Source: an uncultured bacterium
GTDB taxonomy: Bacteria > Babelota > Babeliae > Babelales > JACPOV01
Assembly (NCBI GenBank): GCA_963744715.1
Contig: CAVUUR010000002.1
Span: 1 to 64,000, forward strand
Length of the DNA stretch: 64,000 nucleotides
Direction: 5' to 3'
The notes below the pieces were generated by a model. The model made no database searches. It was not told the origin of the DNA and saw only the letters and a list, made by a program, of their open reading frames with translations. Positions 1-12,607 of the stretch are shown piece by piece (the stretch's first letter is position 1; the number at the start of each line of letters is the position of its first letter). A program made the position numbers and the translations under genes.

Positions 1-423
1 AAAAAATTTAATGTAAAAAAGACGATGCCTGGAAAGCATTTAGAAACTTTTGCTTTGAAGGAAAATTAAAAAAAGAATGTAATGACCCACTGGGATTGTT
101 ACACTCAATGGTATGACAATAAAGAAAAAATAGAAAAACAGCAAAAGGCACTAGGAACGAAAAAAGGCTCTATAGAAGAGTATGCATCAATAAAGATTAT
201 TTTGTAGGTAATCAAATAATTTTCTCAAATAAGATTTTTGGATCTGTTCTACGGGTAATAAAAATCTAGTTTTCTCTTCCTCCACAAAAATTGCAGAGCA
301 CCTCATCTTCACGTGACACAATATATATTCCTCTAAAAATGCTGTTATCCATACCTCATTTGACCTTTATTTCATTATTTATTATTATTAGTATATTATT
401 AAAATTCTTCAAAGAGGCTTTTG

Positions 424-1190
424 ATGCATCCTATTATCGAAGTGAAAAATTTAAAAAAAACGTTCGGTGCTGGCCCAACAACCGTTACCGCGGTTAATGG
501 CATGAATCTTGTTGTCTATCGGGGAGAAATTTTTGGCTTTTTGGGACCAAATGGCGCCGGTAAAACAACAACCATGCGTATCCTGACAACCTTATTAAAA
601 GCAACGTCAGGTGCGGCAACTATCGTTGGCTTTGATCTTATCAAGGACAGTGATATGGTACGTACGCATATTGGATACGTTAGCCAATCAGGTGGCTTAG
701 AACGCAGCGCAACAGCACGAGAAAATTTAATTTTACAGGCAAGACTCTATATATTTCAGTAAAACCCAGGCCGCAGATCGTGCCGATGAACTTATTAATG
801 CGTTAGATCTCGCTAAGTTTTGCCGATCGACTCGTAGAAACCTATTCAGGTGGTCAGCGACGCAGGGCTGATATCGCCTTGGGCATGGTACATAAACCCA
901 CCTTGCTTTTTTTAGATGAACCCACTATTGGGCTTGATCCTCAAAGCCGCGCTCATGTATGGCAAGAAATTAAAAAATTAAGAGCTCAGGGAACTACCAT
1001 CTTTTTCACAACTCATTATCTTGATGAGGCAGATCTGTTCTGCGATAGAGTTGCTATCGTTGATCATGGTAAAATTGTAGCATTGGGCACGCCAAAAAAT
1101 CTTAAACAAGAAATTGCACCTGACGCTCAAGCAACCCTCGATGATGTTTTTTTGAAAAAAACCGGGCATTCATTTAAGCAAGATAATTAA
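424..1190 (+). CDS. ABC exporter ATP-binding subunit (DrrA-like), interrupted by two frameshifts near 750-825
   Basis: Walker A GPNGAGKT in ORF 421-762; signature YSGGQ and Walker B LFLDEP plus H-loop TTHY in the downstream frame; adjacent ABC-2 permease. Confidence 0.9.
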
Positions 1191-1211
1191 CGTTAACGGA
1201 AATACTGAACT

Positions 1212-1973
1212 ATGAAATTATTAAACGATACCTCACTCATTTTTTCACGAAGTTTGCAAATTACCTTACGTAATCCAGTATGGATACTATTTGGTCTTTT
1301 TCAACCACTTTGTTTTTTACTGTTGTTTGCGCCACTTTTAGAAAAACTTACCAGTAATCCTGCTTTTGGTAATACCAATTCACTCACGGTGTTTACGCCA
1401 GGACTTTTGATCATGATTGCCCTCTATGGCACTGCATTTGTAGGTTTTGGTTTAATTGATGATATTAGAGCGGGAGTTATAGAACGATTTCGAGTAACAC
1501 CCATCAATAGAGCAGCGCTTCTTTTAGGGCGCGTATTACGAGATGTTTTTATTTTGATCATACAAGCAACATTCTTAATAGCGCTTGCGTGGTTGCTTGG
1601 ACTTTCAGCATCGTGGTTGGGCGTTCTGCTATCATATGGCTTGGTAATTCTTGTAGGTTTTACCGTATCAATAGCATCCTATTGCGCCGCACTTACTTTA
1701 CAAAGTGAAGATGCATTAGCTCCGATGATTAACTTTTTTTTATTACCGCTTCAACTGCTTGCTGGTATAACCTTACCACTTACGTTGGCGCCAACGTGGT
1801 TGCAAAATATTGCTCTGTTTAATCCATTTGCCCATGCCGTTAGCGCAGCGCGATCACTGTTTATCGGTGATTATTGGAACACAACCATTATTTGGGGATA
1901 TGCGAGCATGATTTTTCTTGCCAGTATAGCTTTTTATTTCGCAGCACGATTGTTTAAACGAACTGCCCAGTAG
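1212..1973 (+). CDS. ABC-2 type transporter permease (DrrB-like)
   Basis: About six hydrophobic segments; GVIERFRVTP motif; follows the ATPase gene. Confidence 0.9.
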   Translation: MKLLNDTSLIFSRSLQITLRNPVWILFGLFQPLCFLLLFAPLLEKLTSNPAFGNTNSLTVFTPGLLIMIALYGTAFVGFGLIDDIRAGVIERFRVTPINRAALLLGRVLRDVFILIIQATFLIALAWLLGLSASWLGVLLSYGLVILVGFTVSIASYCAALTLQSEDALAPMINFFLLPLQLLAGITLPLTLAPTWLQNIALFNPFAHAVSAARSLFIGDYWNTTIIWGYASMIFLASIAFYFAARLFKRTAQ

Positions 1974-2013
1974 CAAAAATTTAATCATGCTTTCTACTGC
2001 ACAGTAAGATCTC

Positions 2014-2616
2014 TTATATAGAGTTTTTATCTTCAAATAATTTTTTCAATGCACGATGGCGATGCGATTCGTACACGATGTTTTTTTCATCGAGCTCTGA
2101 TAAAGTTTTATCATAGCCAGATAATACAAAAATTTGGCGATACGGAAACCCTTTAACAAGAGTTCCGCGAGCCTCTAACGAAACACTACCGTCGATGGAT
2201 CCCTCGTAGAATGACACAACGCCATCGGTAGATGCTAACGCAAGAACATTGGTAAATTTCGCTTGCCGCTCATCAATACCAATATGTTTCATTTTTTGTA
2301 AAAGATAGGCAACTTTTTGCTCATCCGTTGCACCTAAACCCGCATAACGCGCAGAATAAACTCCCGGTTCACCATTAAGCGCCGCAACTTCCAAACCACC
2401 ATCATCACCTAATGCGGGCAATCCACTTAAACGTGCACACGTTACCGCTTTTAATGCCGCATTTTCAGCAAAAGTAGTTCCTGTTTCTTCAACATCATGC
2501 GTAATAGTAAGATCGTTTAAAGAAATGAGATGATAGGGAAAATCAACTAATAATTTTCTCATTTCTTCAAGCTTGGCTTGATTATGCGTTGCTATTAAAA
2601 GATATTTTTTATGCAT
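2014..2616 (-). CDS. rdgB: Non-canonical purine NTP pyrophosphatase (RdgB/HAM1 family)
   Basis: ATHNQAK, EETGTTFAENAALKA, DDGGL, PGVYSARY and SHR motifs. Confidence 0.93.
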   Translation of the reverse strand: MHKKYLLIATHNQAKLEEMRKLLVDFPYHLISLNDLTITHDVEETGTTFAENAALKAVTCARLSGLPALGDDGGLEVAALNGEPGVYSARYAGLGATDEQKVAYLLQKMKHIGIDERQAKFTNVLALASTDGVVSFYEGSIDGSVSLEARGTLVKGFPYRQIFVLSGYDKTLSELDEKNIVYESHRHRALKKLFEDKNSI

Positions 2617-2687
2617 AAGATCCCTTTAAAAAGTAAGTACCATAAGTATAGCACATAGGTTGTTATTTCAACAGTAGGTATTATTAC

Positions 2688-3227
2688 TTATTTTCTGTAC
2701 AGCCATTTGTCAAATAATCTACCAACTCTTAGGTTATCAGTAGGCAATGATTTTTTATCTTTAGATATCCAACGCAAATCCTTCGATTCATCACTTTTGA
2801 TTTCTTGTTCATCACTTATTACTTGCAATAAAAAACATATATCATAATGATAATGCGCTTTTTCTTTCTTATTTTCCGGAATCAGGTGAATATCGATATC
2901 AAAAATAGTTGCATCAAAGGCGACGATGCCATTAATACCCGATTCTTCTTGAGCTTCTTTAATAGCAACGGCCAACACATCTGGATTGCCATCACAGTGC
3001 CCACCAAGTTGGAGCCATGCATTTAACTTTGCATGATGAGTCAAAAGCGCTTTAGATTGATCTTTGTTTAACAACCACGATGCTGCTGTAATATGTCCAA
3101 TCTCAAGAGATCGCTCAAAACAATCTTCATAGGTATTAATAAAAGCAATCATTTCTTCTTTAAATGCATATTCCTGCACGGTAGGAACATATAATTGCAA
3201 TTTTTTTACTACATCATATCGATTCAT
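2688..3227 (-). CDS. NUDIX hydrolase
   Basis: Nudix box GGHCDG...AIKEAQEESGI; GHITA and HYHYD motifs. Confidence 0.9.
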   Translation of the reverse strand: MNRYDVVKKLQLYVPTVQEYAFKEEMIAFINTYEDCFERSLEIGHITAASWLLNKDQSKALLTHHAKLNAWLQLGGHCDGNPDVLAVAIKEAQEESGINGIVAFDATIFDIDIHLIPENKKEKAHYHYDICFLLQVISDEQEIKSDESKDLRWISKDKKSLPTDNLRVGRLFDKWLYRK

Positions 3228-3413
3228 AGATACCTCAACTTACGTTACAGCACTTTCTTTGATACCATTCGTTGTACTATTTTTTGTATTACATTACATC
3301 AAATAATCTTCATTTTTATAAAAAATATAATAAGAAACTTTACAACTCTCCATGCTTCAACTAGCCTTATTCTATAAGGATTATTCTTATTATACCGGGC
3401 CCCAAGGACTTAA

Positions 3414-4871
<1,458 letters not shown>

Positions 4872-4874
4872 CCA

Positions 4875-5114
4875 ATGGAGTTTACTATTCTTAGTCCTCA
4901 CGAAAAAAAAACATTAGAAGTTTCATGGATTGAAGTAAATACGTCTGCTGGAAATTTTGTTATACAACGAGGACACGTTCCAACCATGTTGTTATTATCG
5001 CCACAACAACCGATTATTATTTGTTTGCGCAATGGAAAACAAGAAACGTTTATAACACCAGGCGGCATATTGGAAGTTACCCGTCAAAAAGCGTTACTTT
5101 TATTATATGAATAA
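4875..5114 (+). CDS. atpC: F0F1 ATP synthase subunit epsilon, N-terminal beta-sandwich only
   Basis: Directly after atpD; ILSP, GNFVIQRGHVP and GGILEV match the epsilon N-terminal domain. Confidence 0.85.
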   Translation: MEFTILSPHEKKTLEVSWIEVNTSAGNFVIQRGHVPTMLLLSPQQPIIICLRNGKQETFITPGGILEVTRQKALLLLYE

Positions 5115-5300
5115 GTAATATTTTTTTTATACTCAGCAAGCTCCTAAATAAAAATATTCTCATTGTTATGATGCATCACATAATTTTATTAATTACAAAA
5201 TGTTAATATTGTCATTTTTGTAATACAATCATTTGATAAAAAATAGTTTATAAGTACTATAGATATTGCATATTTTAGACGCACCAACCAGGATTCATCT

Positions 5301-7569
5301 ATGACTATTTTTAATTTTTTTATTATTACATCGCTATTTGTATCATCTATTGTGAATGCTATGGATTATGAGCAGAGGAAGCTCGATGAAGAAAGAGAAC
5401 TAAAAAGTAAAATCGAGCTATTCAGAAAAAGAAAATTAGAGTGGGAATTGGAACGTAAATCACATGAAGAGGCTATGCAAGCCATTGATGAAGAAATCAT
5501 GAGGAATATGAAGAATGAATTAAAGCGCAAGGAAATATTAGAAAATGTAGCAATTAGAAATATTAAATCAATCAGCATCGATGATGCTCCCTATAAGTCC
5601 TAAGGAATCCACCTCACAAACTCAAAAGTCTCCCGGATTTGATACCCCAAATTTTACTGAAAATAAAACACAAAATGTAACATCTCCCGAAGAAAAGTTA
5701 ACGCAACTCGAATTTGCTCATCAACAAATAGAAGATGCCGAAAAACAATCTAAAGAAATTAGTAATACCTACGACATTCTCAATACCATTCTAGTGGAAC
5801 TCGAGCCAGATTACGAGAATGATAAAAATCTTTTTGGGGACCCCGATTTTTGTAATCAAGCACAAAAGCATCTACAAGATTTATCAAAAGAATATGATAA
5901 ACAACAATCACGCTATGAATATTACCTTGAGCAAGTTGGCACTATTACTCGTGAATTTGATAAGCAAGTAAAAAAATTATTTCATAATGCTGAAAACACT
6001 CAACAAGCAAAGCCCTTTTCTGCTTATCCTTTTAATACTACATCATTTAATGTTGGCAGCTCCATAAAAACTGAACAACAAAAATATGAAAAATTATTAG
6101 AGCGACAAAAACAGTTAATACAACATAGAAAACAATTAGAACGAGAAACTAAAAAAATTATTGAACAAAAAGAAGCAGAATTAGAAGCAATAGCTGTACC
6201 AGATGATATAGTGCCAGCTGGCACGTGGATAACGCAACGTAATACATCTGACACCATGCCAAGGACGTATGGCAAATTGCGACGCTTAGATACCTACATC
6301 CCGCATAACATGAACAATGAAAGCATTAGCGACAAAGATACCGTTGCATGGATTGTTATGCATGGCACTTTCGGTTCGGGAACAGAGGGATATTTCAAAG
6401 ATAAGGGTGTTGATGAACGTAATCAAAATTACCGCCACATGAAACGCGCTGCAGCATGGTATGCATTTACTCATAAAAAAAGAGTTGACCTATTATCATA
6501 TAAATGGACTGGCGCAACCAGTCAAGATCATCGAAGCCATATAGCAAAAATAGTCGCCGAGCAATTAAATACTGAGTATAAAGACTCTGACATTGTCCTA
6601 TCTGGCCATAGCCATGGCTGCAACGTAAACAATGAGATAACACACCTACTTAATAAACCGGCTAAATTATTGCTGCATTTCGCTTGTCCAGTTCGCGAAG
6701 GCCAACCTACTAACCTTCCTGAAAAATTTGAACAAATGTTATATTTTTATTCTGAAGGTGATTTAGTAGCCCGCATAGGAAGAATATATGATTATAAATT
6801 AAATTCTGCATTAATAGGTGGTATTGGAGGTTCATCTCTTATTAGTGGATTAGTATTAGCAAAAAATTTTGTGTGCAAGACGCTTCAAGCGATTGGTTAT
6901 AATATAGAGTTTGGAAATCCGACGATTGAAAAAGAGGTCGTATTAGGAGCAATGGCTATTGCCGCTGCATCATGTGAATATGTACTTAGAGCCAGCATAC
7001 CAGGAACTCATAAATTCCCCATATTATCTACGTATAATAATAAGATTATCAATGGCTTTGAAACAACCATTAATGGTGAGCAGGCATGGCATTCCGATGT
7101 AACCAATATGATACAGTTTTTGCCTGAAATTATTACTAAACTGCATCGCAAATATCCAGCACATTATGCCAATAATGCACTATTCGCCGTAGATGGCCAA
7201 ATGAATGAAACGCTAACGTTAAAAAAACCAAAACCTGTACTATTAGCAATCAATAACGCTATATCTGATGATAATAATGTTGTTACCAAAGCCCAAAAAA
7301 TACCATTTATAATTAAGCGCACCCCTTATATTAAAACAAAAACAGATATGGATAATAAAGATAAAATGCTCTTTGATGATAATAATGGATATGCAAAAAA
7401 ACAAAATCCTGTTAAATTAATAGGCGAAGACTATTACACTACCTTTATTACAGTAGACAATATTTTTGATCAACAAGACGTTGATCGAGAAAAATTATAT
7501 AGCAATGAGCAAAAGGAATTATTTAAACAAATATATGCCAAGAAAAAAAAGTTAAAAAAGATACTTTAG
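5301..7569 (+). CDS. Secreted coiled-coil + alpha/beta-hydrolase (lipase-like) protein; probably one gene frameshifted near 5580-5600
   Basis: Signal peptide (VNA-MD) on 5301-5603, which overlaps 5581-7569; the latter carries MHGT, nucleophile elbow GHSHG and FACPV. Confidence 0.6.
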
Positions 7570-7598
7570 ATAGAAAAAACAGTTAAGGAAGAAAAAAT

Positions 7599-8197
7599 AT
7601 GATCTTACGCTTATTTATTATATCTTTATGCGCACTTTATAGTGGTACAAATTATACCATGGATCGCAACAATATGCTTCCCCAAAAAACACAACAATCT
7701 AAAAAATTCGATCAACAAGTTAAACGATGGGAACAACAACTCTATAAAGCTTCTAATGAATGTAATGCTCCACGGTGCAAAGAATTACTGGTAAATATCC
7801 AGGGACATTGGGCATTAAAGAATTAGAAGATCTCGCAAACCGCTTAAAGGTTTCTAATATAGCATTGATAGGGGCAGGAATTGGCACGGTAGGCGCATCT
7901 GTAGCAGCATTGTATTTTCTGCCTTCGGCAGCTCTATATTTGGGGTTGGCAGGTGTGTACAGCCTTGAATACATAAGATGCCGTAGCTACGGCGATCTCG
8001 AATGTATGGTAAAAGGTTTAAAAATCGGCGGAATTTTTGCTATTAAGGGATTAGTGAGCGCAGGTTCAGCAATGGGTTTTGGATTATATGGCGCCCATCT
8101 CTATGCAAAAAAAGAAAATCATAAACCAGTTGACGCAGTATTTATTGAAAAATTAAAAGAATTACAAGAACTTGAAAAACAATCTGAACAACGCTAA
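7599..8197 (+). CDS. Secreted hydrophobic-hairpin paralog 1 (1-nt deletion near 7790)
   Basis: Aligns with 8779-9897 across the frame break (actggta vs acttggta). Confidence 0.75.
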
Positions 8198-8230
8198 TAA
8201 TGGCGAAGTTATTCTGAAAGAACACCATAC

Positions 8231-8758
8231 ATGATCATATACTTATTAATTTTCACCTCATGCTTTATCAGTACTATGTATGGCATGGATCAAAAAAATC
8301 CATCTGCACAAAAAATGTACGTATATGATCGCACTTCTAATTCATTTCATGAGTTGGAGCATTGGAAAAAAAATATCTACAAAACTTCTAACGAACGTAA
8401 TGCTAAAAAGTTCAAAGATTTATTAGACAATTGTCCTGAGAGATTTGATAGCAGAGAAGTAAGCACCATGCGCTCTAATCTGCAAGTAAATACCTATCCA
8501 TTTATTTCAGGATTTGTTTGGTTAGCAGGAGCTGTGGTATGGTGTGGTTCTGGGTACGTTATTGCTGTAAGTTCCGATAATGATCTACGAATGAAGGCTA
8601 TTCCATATTCAATAGGCAGTCTAGTTGCGACGCTAGGTACTCTTGCTTGGTTCGATAAAAGATGCAAAATGCACGAAGCCCACGAACCAATCGATACAAT
8701 ACTTGCCGACAAAATAAAAGAACTACAAGAAATAGAAAAACAAGCTAAAACACACTAG
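8231..8758 (+). CDS. Secreted hydrophobic-hairpin paralog 2 (divergent)
   Basis: Signal peptide nearly identical to that of 8779; YKTSNE and HEPIDTILADKIKELQE match family motifs. Confidence 0.75.
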   Translation: MIIYLLIFTSCFISTMYGMDQKNPSAQKMYVYDRTSNSFHELEHWKKNIYKTSNERNAKKFKDLLDNCPERFDSREVSTMRSNLQVNTYPFISGFVWLAGAVVWCGSGYVIAVSSDNDLRMKAIPYSIGSLVATLGTLAWFDKRCKMHEAHEPIDTILADKIKELQEIEKQAKTH

Positions 8759-8778
8759 TAAATAGAAGAAAACTATAT

Positions 8779-9897
8779 ATGATTATACAGATATTGCTCT
8801 TCACCTCATGTTTTATTAGCACTATGCATGGCATGGATCATAACAATGCATTTCCCCAAAAAACACAACAATCTAAAAAATTCGATCAACAAGTTAAGCG
8901 ATGGGAACAACAACTCTATAAAGCTTCTAATGAGTATAATGCTACACGGTGCAAAGAATTACTTGGTACATATCCAGGAACATTGGGCATTAAAGAATTA
9001 GAAGATCTCGCAAACAGCTTAAAGAGTTCTAATATAGGAACTAATATAGCATTAATAGGGGTAGGAGTTGGCGTGGCAGGCGCATCTGTAGCAACATTGT
9101 ATTGTCTGACGAATGCAGCTATACCTTTGGTAGGAGTAAGTTTGTGCGGCTTTGAATACATAATACGCGGTGGCTACTTAAATGGCGGTATGACCGAAAA
9201 TCTGAGATGTATGAAAGAATGTTTAACAATTAGCGGTAGCTTTTTTGTTAAGGGATTAGTGAGCGCAGGTTCAGTAATGGGTCTTGGTTTATATGGCGCT
9301 CATTTAAATACAAAAAAAGAAAAGCGCAAAGCAGTTGACGCAGTATTTATTGAAAAATTGCAAGAGCTTAAAGATCCATGTCCACAAAAAGAATATGTAT
9401 ATAATCCTGAAACTAATTCATTTCTAGAATTGAAAGAGCATCTTTCTAAAGCTTCTAATAAGCATAATGCTCCACTGTGCAAAGAATTATTTGGTAAATA
9501 TCAAGGAACATGGGACATTAAGCAATTAGAAGATCTCGCAAACAGCTTAAAGGTTTCTGATGTATTACTGACAGGAATAATAGTTGGTGCTTTAGTTGCA
9601 TCTGGAGCAACAGCTTATTTTCTATTCGAGGCATGTGACAATTTGCTATTTGCAAAAGAGTTAGCCTATGATTACGTAAGTACACCACGTGGCGAGCTGG
9701 AAGATGTTAAAAAAGCTTTAAAAATTGGCGGAACTTTTGCCATTACTGGGTTGGCAACCGCATGTCCTGCAGTAGATTTGGGATTATATGGCGCTCATCT
9801 CTATATAAAAAAAGAAAAGCATAAACCAGTTGACGCAGTATTTATTGAAAAATTAAAAGAATTACAAGAACTTCAACAACAATCTAAAAAACACTAA
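8779..9897 (+). CDS. Secreted hydrophobic-hairpin paralog 3 with two tandem modules
   Basis: Internal duplication of KASN..NA..CKEL.G.Y.GT..IK.LEDLANSLK and GLYGAHL..KKEK.K.VDAVFIEKL. Confidence 0.8.
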   Translation: MIIQILLFTSCFISTMHGMDHNNAFPQKTQQSKKFDQQVKRWEQQLYKASNEYNATRCKELLGTYPGTLGIKELEDLANSLKSSNIGTNIALIGVGVGVAGASVATLYCLTNAAIPLVGVSLCGFEYIIRGGYLNGGMTENLRCMKECLTISGSFFVKGLVSAGSVMGLGLYGAHLNTKKEKRKAVDAVFIEKLQELKDPCPQKEYVYNPETNSFLELKEHLSKASNKHNAPLCKELFGKYQGTWDIKQLEDLANSLKVSDVLLTGIIVGALVASGATAYFLFEACDNLLFAKELAYDYVSTPRGELEDVKKALKIGGTFAITGLATACPAVDLGLYGAHLYIKKEKHKPVDAVFIEKLKELQELQQQSKKH

Positions 9898-9918
9898 AGC
9901 CAAAAAGAACTTACGGGT

Positions 9919-10157
9919 ATCAAGTTTGCTATTCTTAGTCCTCATGAAAAAAAAACATTAGAAGTTGCACGGATTGAAGTAAATACCTCTGCTGGAAATT
10001 TTGTTATACAACGAGGGCACGTTCCAACCATGTTGTTATTGTCGCCACAACAACCAATTATTATTTGTTTGCGTAATGGCAAACAAGAAACATTTATAAC
10101 ACCAGGCGGCATATTAGAAGTACACGGCAAAAAACGTTACTTTTATTATATGAATAA
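9919..10157 (+). pseudogene. atpC: Degenerate second copy of atpC
   Basis: Colinear with 4875-5114; ATG changed to ATC, 1-nt deletion near the 3' end; preceded by a remnant of the atpD 3' end (caaaaagaactta). Confidence 0.9.
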
Positions 10158-10192
10158 AATGTTTCTATGCTATCAGTTAACTAGCGTTACTT

Positions 10193-10762
10193 TTATTCAT
10201 TTTTACCACTACCCAAATACTTTCTAAGATTATCTAACGTAAGTTTATGCTCTAAAAGCTTCTTTTGTTTATCGGGTTTAAAAAACCAAAAAGCGCCATG
10301 CCCTACGGTACTCAAAAAAGACAACAGCAGCGTTCGTTCTAGTATTCCATATCCATTAGTATCATAACCTGCAGATGGGCAAAAAAAATATTTTCCCATC
10401 AACGCTGTTGCTCCTACTAAGGTTACACAGGCGGAAATACCGCAGGCTTTGGGAGAAAAATTTTTATGATTTTTATACGTATCGTACAATTGGTCAATAT
10501 CTTCTATTATAGTATTAATATTTGCATCAGCAGCGGGATCTTTTTTAATAATCTCAAAAAAATTTACTCTTTCATTGTGAGGATAGATTACCTTAATATT
10601 ATTATGCAATTCTTGTAGCCCTTTAATATCTCTATTTTCTATTAATTGTTTGAAATTTCCAGCATCGTGCTCTATAGTCACTTTATCAATAACAATTTCC
10701 AATGTTTGTATCATTGCATGTGCGTGTGATACCATTAACAATAATAAACAATAATATATCAT
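10193..10762 (-). CDS. Hypothetical secreted protein with C-terminal hydrophobic hairpin
   Basis: Signal peptide AHA-M; two hydrophobic segments near the C-terminus. Confidence 0.65.
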   Translation of the reverse strand: MIYYCLLLLMVSHAHAMIQTLEIVIDKVTIEHDAGNFKQLIENRDIKGLQELHNNIKVIYPHNERVNFFEIIKKDPAADANINTIIEDIDQLYDTYKNHKNFSPKACGISACVTLVGATALMGKYFFCPSAGYDTNGYGILERTLLLSFLSTVGHGAFWFFKPDKQKKLLEHKLTLDNLRKYLGSGKNE

Positions 10763-10942
10763 TCTTTATGTCCTTATACATACTGCCAAAAATAGAAAAT
10801 AAATATCAGAAATTATAACTAATGTATTAATTAAAAAAAGTCTTTTTTTTGTTAACTATTGTGTTAATTGCTACACATATAGTATAAAAATATACGTTCT
10901 CTTCATTTTTTTTTCCATGTAGTGCTCATAAAATAGGAAACT

Positions 10943-12556
10943 ATGAAAAAAGTAATTGGTTACATAGTGTCCGGTTCTTTAATTGAAGGATTTACCCTTC
11001 GCATAACAACACAAACTAATCTTGAAGATATTAAAACAGGAAAATTTGTTTCCATCGTAGGTAAAAATCACACCTTTTTTTCATTAATTACCGATCTCTC
11101 ATTAGCCGTTACCAATCCTGAAATACTTATTTTTCCACCACATAAAGATGAAACCTTATTAACCGCAGCACTACAAAAAAAAGATATGTACGCAACGGCT
11201 CATGTAAAACCAATGCTCATGTTAGCGCATGACAATAAACCAATTCCGGTTAAAACCATACCCCCTCATTTTTCCATGGTGTATGAAGCCGATCATCGGG
11301 ATGTTTCACTGATCTTTGGTGATGAATTAGATCCGACCAATCGTTATTTTAATATAGGATGCCCTCTTGATATGACAACGCCGGTGTGTCTCGACCTTGA
11401 ACGATTAACCGAACGCAGCAATGGTATATTTGGCAAAACTGGTACCGGCAAAACATTTTTAACACGCCTCGTTCTTGCCGGGCTTATCAAACAAGATAAA
11501 GCGGTAAATATTATTTTTGACATGCATAGTGAATATGGGTTGCAAGCCCGCAAAGAGGATAGTAATCAATCTTTTGTAAAAGGATTAAAAACATTATTTC
11601 CGCATAAAATAGCAATTTTCTCGTTGGATCCAGCATCAACCCGCAGGCGTGGTGGCATGCCCGATGTTGAAATAGTCATTCCTTATCAAGCAATTAATGT
11701 AGAAGATATTATATCACTGCACAACGAACTCAATCTTCATAATACCGCACTTGAAGCTGCACATTTAATTGCCACGCGTTATAAACAAGATTGGTTGCAA
11801 ACGTTATTAGAGCAAGGAGATACGTTAAAAGAATTTGCACAGGGCTTAGGCGCTCATCCAGAATCAATCGCAGCACTCTATCGAAAATTAAAACGAATCG
11901 AACAACTACCTTTTTTGGTACCTAGTAATAACCAACACCTCCATAAAACGTATTCCGTAATCGATCAAATGATTGAATATATCAATAAAGGGATTTCCGT
12001 TATTGTTGAATTTGGTAATTATACATCAACGTTTTGTTATCTACTGATTGCTAATATTATTACGCGACGTATTCACCACGAGTACGTAACTAAAACAGAA
12101 CATTTTTTAGGAAGCCAACGCAAAGAAGATGAACCAAAAAAATTAATGATTACGATAGAAGAAGCGCACAAATTTTTAAATCCGCAAGCAGCACATCAAA
12201 CCATTTTTAGCACTATTGCTCGAGAAATGAGAAAATATTATGTTTCTTTATTAGTAGTTGATCAGCGCCCTTCTGGCATTGATCAAGAAATTATTTCCCA
12301 AATAGGAACAAAAATTGTTGCACAATTAAATGATGAAAAAGATATTCAGGCGGTATTAACAGGAATCAATAATGCACAAAGTTTACGTTCAATCTTGGCA
12401 TCACTTGATAGCAAAAAACAAGCACTGATATTAGGGCATGCGGTTGCCATGCCGGTTGTAATTCAAACACGTAACTATGATGAAACATTTTATCAAGCCA
12501 TGATGCCGGAAATAACATCTCGTGATATTAATACGCTCATTCAAGAAATTTTTTAA
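10943..12556 (+). CDS. herA: HerA/FtsK-family ATPase (HAS barrel + DUF87-type HerA)
   Basis: GKTGTGKT, IFDMHSEYG, IEEAH, AREMRKY and DQRPS motifs. Confidence 0.85.
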   Translation: MKKVIGYIVSGSLIEGFTLRITTQTNLEDIKTGKFVSIVGKNHTFFSLITDLSLAVTNPEILIFPPHKDETLLTAALQKKDMYATAHVKPMLMLAHDNKPIPVKTIPPHFSMVYEADHRDVSLIFGDELDPTNRYFNIGCPLDMTTPVCLDLERLTERSNGIFGKTGTGKTFLTRLVLAGLIKQDKAVNIIFDMHSEYGLQARKEDSNQSFVKGLKTLFPHKIAIFSLDPASTRRRGGMPDVEIVIPYQAINVEDIISLHNELNLHNTALEAAHLIATRYKQDWLQTLLEQGDTLKEFAQGLGAHPESIAALYRKLKRIEQLPFLVPSNNQHLHKTYSVIDQMIEYINKGISVIVEFGNYTSTFCYLLIANIITRRIHHEYVTKTEHFLGSQRKEDEPKKLMITIEEAHKFLNPQAAHQTIFSTIAREMRKYYVSLLVVDQRPSGIDQEIISQIGTKIVAQLNDEKDIQAVLTGINNAQSLRSILASLDSKKQALILGHAVAMPVVIQTRNYDETFYQAMMPEITSRDINTLIQEIF

Positions 12557-12566
12557 TAGTATCACA

Positions 12567-12594
12567 ATGGCGTACAGTATAGTATGTACGCCAT
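12567..12594. terminator. Hairpin between convergent herA and SPFH genes
   Basis: atggcgtaca...tgtacgccat inverted repeat. Confidence 0.6.
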
Positions 12595-12607
12595 CACTCA
12601 GCAATTA

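Noticed and set aside
1..207. Possible 3' end of an upstream CDS
   Set aside because: Only short broken frames with no recognisable motif.
10030..10227. 65-aa ORF as a functional second epsilon subunit
   Set aside because: Starts at an internal Met of the atpC pseudogene, lacks the N-terminal half and runs out of frame.
10943..12556. HerA-based anti-phage system
   Set aside because: No SIR2, DUF4297 or nuclease gene adjacent; neighbours are SPFH/NfeD and an orphan gene.
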